NCBI GenBank assembly: GCA_042218325.1
Contig: JBDGRE010000005.1
Coordinates: 9,055-73,054 of the forward strand
Direction: 5' to 3'
DNA length: 64,000 nucleotides
DNA from: Candidatus Nanohaloarchaea archaeon
GTDB lineage: Archaea; Nanohalarchaeota; Nanosalinia; Nanosalinales; Nanosalinaceae
Below are positions 18,581 to 25,914 of the stretch, one piece after another (position 1 is the stretch's first letter; every line of letters starts with the position of its first letter). Under the pieces are notes generated by a model. That model saw only the letters and a program-made list of their open reading frames with translations, did not search any database and had not been told where the DNA came from. The translations under genes and the position numbers were made by a program.

Positions 18581-19060
18581 TCAACCTGTCCTGTTCTCCC
18601 AGCTCATCTCTCGCTGCCGTGCCAGCATCTCGCAGTAACTGTCCCCGGGGTTCTCCATGCAGTAAGGCTGAAGTCTTTCACGCGGCAGCTCCTTGATGTA
18701 CCACGGATACCGCTGCTTGTCGCACGGGTTCACCCGGAAAGGCTCGTAACCGCCAGCGTGAACCTCCCCGGTCAGGAGATTCCTGGCGGGAGGATGTATG
18801 ACCTGCTCTGTCGTGCACTGTGCCGGCAGGAAACCTGTGAAGAACAGCACTGGCAACAGGAGCAGGGCTGTTAACCCGACGCTGTAGAAATTCCGCCGGT
18901 CGAACACGTGGCCCGCGGATGCGGATAACAGTACCAGCAGCGTCGTGTTCACCACCACGCCCCGCAGAGAGGGCAGGTTCACGAACATCAAAAGGCCCGC
19001 TACCAGCCCGAGTAAGGCGCCGGCCTGGTAAAACTTGATAGCCATCCGGTCGGGGTCCAT
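18581..19060 (-). CDS. Membrane protein, hypothetical
   Basis: 159 aa: three N-terminal TM helices, then a Cys-containing extracytoplasmic tail. Confidence 0.45.
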   Translation of the reverse strand: MDPDRMAIKFYQAGALLGLVAGLLMFVNLPSLRGVVVNTTLLVLLSASAGHVFDRRNFYSVGLTALLLLPVLFFTGFLPAQCTTEQVIHPPARNLLTGEVHAGGYEPFRVNPCDKQRYPWYIKELPRERLQPYCMENPGDSYCEMLARQREMSWENRTG

Positions 19061-19129
19061 GAACTTCTAGACTTCCTGCGGCGTAAAACCGTTTTCCCCT
19101 GCCGGCGTGAGCGTTAAATCTTTTCTTCT

Positions 19130-19654
19130 TTGACTGGTTTGCTGATGGAGCTGGCGCCTGCACCGGAAGAACCGTACATCGAGAAGTACTCGAAGCCGGG
19201 AGAGGTCTACGTCAAGTGGAACTTCGAGAGGAACCCGACGAAGGCCGCGGGCAGGCACGCGTTCATGCGGCACGAGCTGGAGGCCCTGCGGGAACAGCAC
19301 AGCCTTTTACCCAGTTACTTCCCCGAACCGTACTACGCCGTCCGGGACCAGAAGGAAAGAGTCGTCGCCATCGGCATGGAAGCCCTGGATCTCTGGAAAC
19401 CGGTCCGCGAGGCTGCCTCTGTCACCGGACCCCGGCATACGGAGCAGCTCTACTTCGATATCGAGGATGCTGTCCAGACGCTCCACGGGCACGGCAACCC
19501 TCATGGCGACCTCCTGAACAACACCTGGGTGGATAGAGAGGGCGAACTCGCGATCGTGGACCCTCTCGGATACCGCGAGGACGAGGTCTGGGAGGAGGAG
19601 CTGATGGAACGGGACATGGAAGACCTTGAAGTCCTGGAAGACTATCTTCTTTGA
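19130..19654 (+). CDS. Minimal protein-kinase-like protein (Bud32/RIO/Kdo-kinase-like catalytic loop)
   Basis: VYVKW (beta3 Lys), HGHGNPHGDLLNNTWV (HxDLxxxN-type loop) and IVDP. Only 174 aa. Confidence 0.35.
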   Translation: MTGLLMELAPAPEEPYIEKYSKPGEVYVKWNFERNPTKAAGRHAFMRHELEALREQHSLLPSYFPEPYYAVRDQKERVVAIGMEALDLWKPVREAASVTGPRHTEQLYFDIEDAVQTLHGHGNPHGDLLNNTWVDREGELAIVDPLGYREDEVWEEELMERDMEDLEVLEDYLL

Positions 19655-19690
19655 GGATCCTGGACCGCTGGCAAATACAGGCCTGTGATT

Positions 19691-20611
19691 TTAAACGAAA
19701 TTTCTAAATAAATCGAGGAATCTTTCCAGCAGACCAGGAAGCCTCGAGTAGCCTCGGGTTTCGACTACTCTCAGTTCTCGGCCGTTCTGCTGAATCCGGA
19801 GTTTGAAAGGGCTATCAGATGCAAGGGATATCCTGTACCTCTTCGTAGCGTTCAGCCGGATGCATCCGGAGTTCTCCTCGGGAAGCACTGGTTTTATCCT
19901 GACTATCATGCCTTTATCTATCTCCGTATAATCTCTCTTCAGCCGGTGACAGGGTGAGGGCATCTTGATATAACCCTCGAAGTCCACTGACTTGCCGCCG
20001 CGAGAGACGTTTCTTACTCTCTGCCCCCGGCCGACCGTGAACGTTTCAAGAACCCTGAAATCCTCCCTGTAGCTGTCACCGGTGCGGGAGTCAAAGCTGG
20101 AGTGCGTACTTTTTGCGGTGATAATTGCTGTCTTTCGTAGGGAATCCTGGTCGGTCTTCACGATTTTTACAGGAATCGAGGCCTGGAACTCCTGGCTCTC
20201 CATCGCAACTTCACCGTTCACTCTCGCGGGTACAGTGGCTACCAGTTCCTGGAACCTCGAGCCATCAGCTGTGGCAGGCGTGTATCTTACCTTTATTCCT
20301 TCTTGGGAGAGCCCGTATGATAATTCGCCGGCGATATCTTCTTGGAAACTACTTTCCAGTAATGCCTTGATCCTGTCTATACCAGACTCCCTGACGCGCC
20401 AAGATGTGAAATCCTCTACCGTAACGTTCCTGTAGCCAACTATCTGTTCTCCTTCTGTGGCAGAAGGGAACTGTACGTACCCCGGGAAAAGCCTGTAGGA
20501 ATCGTCCGTGACATCTACTCTTACGCTGATAGGATTACCTTCCCCGGGTACGGAGGATGCTGCTGGCAATATCAGCCCAAGTACAACCAACAAAAGGATA
20601 AGTCGCAGCAT
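19691..20611 (-). CDS. Secreted hypothetical protein
   Basis: Start at the internal ATG 20611 gives the signal peptide MLRLILLLVVLGLILPAASS. The upstream part of the 476-aa track ORF is antisense to the 20699-21196 gene. Confidence 0.5.
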   Translation of the reverse strand: MLRLILLLVVLGLILPAASSVPGEGNPISVRVDVTDDSYRLFPGYVQFPSATEGEQIVGYRNVTVEDFTSWRVRESGIDRIKALLESSFQEDIAGELSYGLSQEGIKVRYTPATADGSRFQELVATVPARVNGEVAMESQEFQASIPVKIVKTDQDSLRKTAIITAKSTHSSFDSRTGDSYREDFRVLETFTVGRGQRVRNVSRGGKSVDFEGYIKMPSPCHRLKRDYTEIDKGMIVRIKPVLPEENSGCIRLNATKRYRISLASDSPFKLRIQQNGRELRVVETRGYSRLPGLLERFLDLFRNFV

Positions 20612-20698
20612 ACATACAAGATTTCTCTGCTCTATTTTTAAACCACCCTCAAGCGATTCAGCGCAGCGTTCAATAAGCTTGGGTTCGAAAAATAGTTC

Positions 20699-21196
20699 AT
20701 GAGACTTGTAATACCTCCGGAAGACCCGGACCTCGACGGCGTCGCGACAGCGTTCGCCTACGCCGAGTACCTCAAGAAAAACGACCACAAGGCAGTAGCA
20801 GCAGTATTCGGCTCCCCAGACGAGGAGACGGAGGAGCTCTTCGACGAGATAGGAGAGGAAGTATCCGACGCATCCTACTACCTGTACTCGGCGGACGAGA
20901 TAACTCTTGTCAGTGCCAGTAGCATGGAGAATGTTTCGCAGAGGATACATCAGGAGAAGGTGACCGAGCTGATAGACCACGCCGCGGACGCTCTCTCCGA
21001 CTTCACAGAGGCGGAGCAGGAGATTGACGAGAACTTCTCCACCGCAGCAGGCATCGTCGCCGAGAAATACCGGGACACGGACACCGAGATAAGCAGGGAG
21101 GCGGCCACCGTGCTCCACCACGCGATAACCTCGGCCGGGGAAGTAACGCAGCGCGACCAGGAGATAGCGGACTGGCTCCAGGATCAGTTGGAGTAA
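20699..21196 (+). CDS. Short DHH-like protein with degenerate catalytic motifs
   Basis: PEDPDLDGVATAFAYAEYL resembles DHH motif I-II and ELIDHAAD sits in place of the DHH motif. 165 aa, about half the size of family II pyrophosphatases. Confidence 0.4.
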   Translation: MRLVIPPEDPDLDGVATAFAYAEYLKKNDHKAVAAVFGSPDEETEELFDEIGEEVSDASYYLYSADEITLVSASSMENVSQRIHQEKVTELIDHAADALSDFTEAEQEIDENFSTAAGIVAEKYRDTDTEISREAATVLHHAITSAGEVTQRDQEIADWLQDQLE

Positions 21197-21409
21197 GATT
21201 TTTTAAGTCCGCAAAGACCAACCGAGGATTTGGAGTTCGAACTGGGCAACCTTGGTTTCCTCGGAATACTTGGCGTTCTCGGCGCCTTGACGGCCCAGCC
21301 GGAGCTTTACAGTCTATTTGCGCTTTTCGCACTTTTCGGCATCGATAAAACGGTAGAGCTTTGAGACGGCGTCCACCTTATAACGCTTCGCACCGGTAAG
21401 TCTTCCATA

Positions 21410-21416
21410 GGAGGTG
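21410..21416 (+). promoter_or_regulatory. Shine-Dalgarno-like GGAGGTG upstream of the cold-shock gene TTG start
   Basis: GGAGGTG lies 8 nt upstream of TTG 21425. Confidence 0.5.
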
Positions 21417-21424
21417 TATAGATT

Positions 21425-21619
21425 TTGAAAGGAACAGTGAAGTTCTTCCACGACCGCAAGAACTACGGTTTCATCGAGACCGACGAGATGGACGACGATG
21501 TATTCTTCCACCAGGAAGAAGTGGCCGACGACCTGCACGTTGAAGAAGGAACCGAAGTCGAGTTCGAACAGGAAGAAGGCGACCGCGGCCCAAAAGCCGT
21601 CAACGTAACAGAGGCTTAA
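21425..21619 (+). CDS. Cold-shock domain protein (CspA family)
   Basis: KGTVKFFHDRKNYGFIETD... carries the RNP1-like NYGFI and an acidic tail. TTG start supported by the SD. Confidence 0.8.
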   Translation: MKGTVKFFHDRKNYGFIETDEMDDDVFFHQEEVADDLHVEEGTEVEFEQEEGDRGPKAVNVTEA

Positions 21620-21687
21620 ATCCGCCCCTGTCACACCACATTTCAACCCACTATTTTCCAGCTACATAACCAGTTTTTCGATACCTA

Positions 21688-22377
21688 TCAACGATGCGGA
21701 TCGTAACGCTCCGCAGCACCCTGCACAACTGCACCGTACTCTTTCTCGCCGAAGTACATGGCCAGAGGTACGCCGGACTGTGAGCTGTGACCGTAGTCGA
21801 GCAGCCGGGACAGGTCCTGTATGATCGCTGCACGTGAACTGACCGGTGAGTCCGTTCTCAACATCACGGGTAGAAAATCGTCCACGGGCTGCGAGGTCTC
21901 GCGGTCCATCGACAGACCGAAGTGATCGTAGCAGGATATCTTGAACCCGAAAGGAGTAGGATCGCCGTCCTTGCTGTTATGGCTGAAATCGGTCCACTCC
22001 AGGTCGAAGACCGGGTCGCGGTGATTCTGGTAGAACTGGAACGTGTGGATATCTTCGTCCATGCCTTCTCTTATCGACCAGGGTTCGAAGCTCTCGGAGT
22101 CCCCGACCCATATCTCGTCCTCTACCTGTGGAGGGTACTGCCTGTCTATGACATCGAAAACCGGCCTGTAATCGACGTTCGTCCGGTGCCAGACCTCTGC
22201 CCCTCCCCTGCCGAGGAACACCTCGACACCAACAGGGTCGTTCAGTCCGTCGGAAGGCGCCTCGAGCCGGACGTACTCGTATGGCTCGCTTTCCGGGTCG
22301 CCGGGAACTCTCTCGTACTCTGCCACTGTTTCAAAGAACTCGTCTACGTCCTCCGACAGGTGCCAGTCACCCTCCAT
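21688..22377 (-). CDS. Hypothetical acidic protein
   Basis: Start set at the internal Met (MEGDWHLSEDV). No family recognised. Confidence 0.4.
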   Translation of the reverse strand: MEGDWHLSEDVDEFFETVAEYERVPGDPESEPYEYVRLEAPSDGLNDPVGVEVFLGRGGAEVWHRTNVDYRPVFDVIDRQYPPQVEDEIWVGDSESFEPWSIREGMDEDIHTFQFYQNHRDPVFDLEWTDFSHNSKDGDPTPFGFKISCYDHFGLSMDRETSQPVDDFLPVMLRTDSPVSSRAAIIQDLSRLLDYGHSSQSGVPLAMYFGEKEYGAVVQGAAERYDPHR

Positions 22378-22465
22378 CGTTTCAATACGGGCCGGAGAAA
22401 AGTTAAATATAACCGTTGAGTGGCACGCCGATATACTGACGTACGAGGATTTCTGGGAGATAGAG

Positions 22466-22726
22466 ATGCAGTACATATTCGACGACCCGGACCAGGAGCT
22501 GTACGACTCGGTGGTCGGCAGGGAATCCGTCTACCGCTGCGATTACACGGGCGACGAGATATGTCCGCTGGTCGACGCACTCGCCGGTGAAACACGTGTC
22601 ATAGCCCACATACCCGTCAGCCAGGAGCTTGACGACGATATAGCGGAGTTCCCGGCCCAGTACCTTGACGAGCTGCGGGACAGCTTCTACCAGCAGGTCG
22701 TCTCCCCGGCAACAGGTTCCACCTGA
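22466..22726 (+). CDS. Hypothetical acidic protein
   Basis: 86-aa D/E-rich ORF. Confidence 0.35.
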   Translation: MQYIFDDPDQELYDSVVGRESVYRCDYTGDEICPLVDALAGETRVIAHIPVSQELDDDIAEFPAQYLDELRDSFYQQVVSPATGST

Positions 22727-22778
22727 AAGCCTGCCGGAGGGAAAAGAGGTTTAACTTCGTTCTATCACAGGAAAAAAT

Positions 22779-23084
22779 ATGCATATCAACGCCGTTATCA
22801 GCGCGACCTCACGGGAAGAAGCAGACGAGATAGCGGACATGCTGCTCGAAGATAACCTGGTAGCAGGCACCATGATATTCTCCGGCGACTCCCGGTACCA
22901 CTAGGACGACGAGATACAGGAGAACAGGTACTGGCGCGTACAGGGCCACACGCTCGAGAAGCACAAAAAGGAGATAACTGAACGCGTCGAGCAGATGCAC
23001 GAGGACGAAGTCCCGGTCATCGAGTACACGGAGATCGACGGCAACCGGAAATTCCTCGACTGGATAGAGAAGAACACAGGGTAA
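22779..23084 (+). pseudogene. cutA: CutA divalent-cation tolerance protein gene with in-frame TAG at the conserved Trp codon
   Basis: ATG 22779 to TAA 23082-23084 encodes MHINAVISATSREEADEIADMLLEDNLVAGTMIFSGDSRYH*DDEIQENRYWRVQGHT...HEDEVPVIEYTEIDGNRKFLDWIEKNTG. The TAG is at 22902-22904. Confidence 0.7.
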
Positions 23085-23088
23085 GAGT

Positions 23089-23832
23089 ATGGTAGACTGG
23101 AAAGAGTTCGAAAGACTGGAATCGCTCGCTATACTGGCACTGGCATTTTTCTCCTACTTCCGATTACTGGACGGGAATAGCCCGCTTTTTCTCATCCTCG
23201 CACTCGCACCCGCACCCCACCTGTCGATGGCGGGCTACCTATTCCTCGACAGTGAAAAGGCCACGGCCTTGTACAACGCGTTCCACAACTATACCCTGCC
23301 CGCGGCGGTCATGGGCTACTACCTCCTTACCGGTGTCCCGCTGGTTGGGCAGGTAGCGCTTATCTGGACGGCCCACATAGCGGCGGACCGAACTCTCGGC
23401 TACGGTCTCAAGACAGACTATTTCAACCAGATTGAGGATTCTGACTTTAACGGTGCATTAGTTGAAGCTTCTGACGAAATAAATCAGGTTGGTCTGTGTA
23501 CAAATACGACTTTTGAGAATATTGAATCAGCTTCAGAACTGGATTATGATTTAGTTATTTCACATCATGGAGGTTGGAAGAGATTCGATATGGATTTGTT
23601 TGAGGATAAAAAACGGGAAATAAGAGACAATAACCTAACTTGGTATATTGCCCATCAGACGCTTGACTGTGCAGATGAATATGGCGTATGTGTGGCTCTT
23701 GCCGACAAACTTGGAATAGAGGTCGATCGCAAATATTGTGAACTCCAAGGCGGCCCGCATGGAAGGTATGGACATTTGGAAGTGTCAAAAGAAGATTTCC
23801 TGGAGAGACTAAATGAAATAGAACCAAGTTAG
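23089..23832 (+). CDS. Chimeric ORF: DUF4260-like membrane protein fused in frame to the N-terminal two thirds of a NIF3-like protein
   Basis: Residues 1-108 (…IWTAHIAADRTLGYGLK) look like DUF4260 and are GC-rich. From about 23415 the DNA turns AT-rich and the product becomes NIF3-like (INQVGL, DLVISHHGG). Confidence 0.55.
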   Translation: MVDWKEFERLESLAILALAFFSYFRLLDGNSPLFLILALAPAPHLSMAGYLFLDSEKATALYNAFHNYTLPAAVMGYYLLTGVPLVGQVALIWTAHIAADRTLGYGLKTDYFNQIEDSDFNGALVEASDEINQVGLCTNTTFENIESASELDYDLVISHHGGWKRFDMDLFEDKKREIRDNNLTWYIAHQTLDCADEYGVCVALADKLGIEVDRKYCELQGGPHGRYGHLEVSKEDFLERLNEIEPS

Positions 23833-24129
23833 GATGTAGTAGGAGAAATAGGAGATATAGAGAACCAGAAAATAGGCATAGTAGGTGGAAGTGGAGGAAC
23901 ATTAGGAGATATAGTTAAAGAAACTACAGAAATTGGCTGCGATGTATTTATAACAGGCAATTCTTCCTTTGCCTACGATATCTATGGATATGAGAAAGGG
24001 CTTACCATGATAATGCTCGAGGAAACATCAAGTGAAAAATGGGGCGTTTATGCGTTAGGAGAAAGATTGAAAGAAGAATTTCCAGGAATTGAGGTCAAGA
24101 GAATTCAGGAAAGAAACTGGTATATATGA
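23415..24129 (+). pseudogene. NIF3 (DUF34, GTP cyclohydrolase 1 type 2 homolog)-like gene lacking its own start and interrupted by in-frame TAG 23830-23832
   Basis: The same frame continues after the TAG: ...LERLNEIEPS*DVVGEIGDIENQKIGIVGGSGGTLGDIVKETTEIGCDVFITGNSS...RIQERNWYI, ending at TGA 24127-24129. Confidence 0.6.
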
Positions 24130-24872
24130 ATTTTTTTCTGATACTTATTAGTGTTTTTGGAGATTTAATGGCTGGCTTTGGGGCTCCAGGAGGTGTTTTG
24201 CTCGTAAGTTTCTTATTTTCAGTTACTTCTCTTTCAACAGCGGAGATTGCCGGTACTTCTTCTATCTTATTTGTATTCGCCTCGTTGTTTGTTAGCTCTA
24301 TGTATTACTATTCCGGTGATGTTGAGTGGAGACTTATTATACCTCTAATTCCGGCAACTTTGGCGGGAACTTCGATTGGAGCCCAAATTAATTCTTTAAT
24401 ACCGAGAGAGATTTTTGGCTTCAGTTTAGCTATATTGGTAGTTATTTTGGGTTTAAGTATAGCTTACAGAGAAGTTAAAAGTCTTGAACCTTATTATCAT
24501 TTGGAATATCGGAATAAACAGGGCATAGTGATACTTTCATTTTTAGGGCTTTTAGTAGGTGTTATAGGAGGTATTTTTGGTATAGGAGGCCCTGCGATAA
24601 CTATACCGACTCTAATATTTTTAGGTATTCCGAATCTGAAGGCTATAGGAGCTGGAATGGTGCAGGGATTTTTCGTAACTTCATCAACGGCGACAAATTA
24701 TGCTTTATCGGGCGATATTTCAATAGATATTTTAGTAATGATTGGACCTCCTTTCATAATTTCTCAGTTGGGAGGATGGTATTTTGCACAGAATATCGAA
24801 CCAGAAAAATTGAAAGCCATATTAGGTATTATGCTGGCATTTTTAGGCCCATACATTATAACCGCTATCTAA
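24126..24872 (+). CDS. TSUP (TauE/SafE) family membrane permease
   Basis: 248 aa and polytopic, with repeated G-rich helix motifs (GGIFGIGGPAITIPTL). AT-rich codon usage. Confidence 0.6.
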   Translation: MNFFLILISVFGDLMAGFGAPGGVLLVSFLFSVTSLSTAEIAGTSSILFVFASLFVSSMYYYSGDVEWRLIIPLIPATLAGTSIGAQINSLIPREIFGFSLAILVVILGLSIAYREVKSLEPYYHLEYRNKQGIVILSFLGLLVGVIGGIFGIGGPAITIPTLIFLGIPNLKAIGAGMVQGFFVTSSTATNYALSGDISIDILVMIGPPFIISQLGGWYFAQNIEPEKLKAILGIMLAFLGPYIITAI

Positions 24873-25038
24873 TCATAAGCCAACTCAATCAAAAACTTTC
24901 GTCCGGGTCCTGCCAATTCCATATCTCCAAATTTGATAGAGATGCCGAAACTGCCGAAGTTTTTATCGAATGTTTATTTGAGATTTAGATTCGTTAGTCC
25001 GGATTTGAATCAGCCAGAAGTGCAAGGACGAGAAAAGT

Positions 25039-25821
25039 TTAGTTTACAGAAATCTTTCTGCCTTTTATCTCTAGAAAGTTCTGAAGTTTTTTTAATTGTT
25101 TGTCCGTGATATAGAGTATCTGAGGCGGGTTAAAATCTAGCACATAGAACTTCTTATTACTTCTCTCCAGTTGATTAAATTTAGAAGCAAGATCGTGTGC
25201 AAACTCTTTCCATTTATCGGATTCAATCTCTACTTCATCCTTTCCAATAGTTATTCTTACTTTTATGCCTTTATTCGCTTCGAAAACTTCAATTTCTGAT
25301 TGATTGAGGTCAAATGATTGAGACATTTTCACAAGACTAAGTATTTCGTCCTCTACTTTGGCTTCGCGAGGAAGATTATGTGAGAAAGTAGAGTTATATC
25401 CCAGCTCAAAATGGGTTAAGCTTTTTCCCTGCTTCAGGCAGTCAAAGAGAATCTGTCCTGCCCTCTGAGAACTTATCTCAACAAATCCCTTTTTACTTCT
25501 TTCAAAGGTATCAATTACAATCTTATAAGGGTTCTTAGCTTCTTTCCGATAAAAGAAGCGTAAGAATTTTGCTATCCCTACTTTAAGCTCAATTTCGGAT
25601 ATTTTTTCCAAATTATTGTCTTCTCCAAGGTAATAATTATTCAAAGCCTTTCCGAGCATTCTTCCAAAATTACCTCTTGCAGGATATATTCGAGTTAAAA
25701 CTGCTAAGTATACTCTCTTCCTAAACTGAAAAAAATCTTTTAAGAATTTCATTACATGGTTGAGTTCTAAATTAGAAGATAAAAATTTTCCTTTCATTAG
25801 CTCAAATCCCGAGATTTCCAA
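25039..25821 (-). CDS. Hypothetical K-rich protein (ORFan) in the low-GC island
   Basis: 260-aa ORF with a TTG start in the track; ATG-encoded internal Mets follow. No motif recognised and not acidic. Confidence 0.4.
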   Translation of the reverse strand: MEISGFELMKGKFLSSNLELNHVMKFLKDFFQFRKRVYLAVLTRIYPARGNFGRMLGKALNNYYLGEDNNLEKISEIELKVGIAKFLRFFYRKEAKNPYKIVIDTFERSKKGFVEISSQRAGQILFDCLKQGKSLTHFELGYNSTFSHNLPREAKVEDEILSLVKMSQSFDLNQSEIEVFEANKGIKVRITIGKDEVEIESDKWKEFAHDLASKFNQLERSNKKFYVLDFNPPQILYITDKQLKKLQNFLEIKGRKISVN

Positions 25822-25891
25822 TTATGTTTGTGTTGGACTCGGTTCAAATCCGGGTCCTTCTTGAATAGAAAGAAAAGAAGAGAGAAATGGT

Positions 25892-25914
25892 GTTAGAGGC
25901 TCTAAACCTCTAAC
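25892..25914 (-). terminator. Hairpin plus T-rich tail at the end of nrdJ
   Basis: GTTAGAGG-N7-CCTCTAAC stem overlapping the TAG stop. On the mRNA strand it is followed by a T-rich tract (TTTCTCTCTTCTTTTCTTTCT). Confidence 0.45.

Larger units (their letters stand above)
23415..25905. other. Low-GC island, probably horizontally acquired
   Basis: Abrupt visible switch to AT-rich DNA and non-acidic, K/I/N-rich proteins. It switches back just before the nrdJ terminator hairpin. Confidence 0.6.

Noticed and set aside
20612-21121. N-terminal 170 codons of the track ORF 19691-21121
   Set aside because: This part is antisense to the 20699-21196 gene and has junk composition. The internal ATG 20611 gives a clean signal peptide.
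25039-25821. IS element or transposase interpretation of the ORFan flanked by inverted T-arm-like sequences
   Set aside because: No DDE, HUH or serine/tyrosine recombinase motifs are recognisable. The inverted match is only about 11-12 nt and corresponds to the generic tRNA T-loop sequence.
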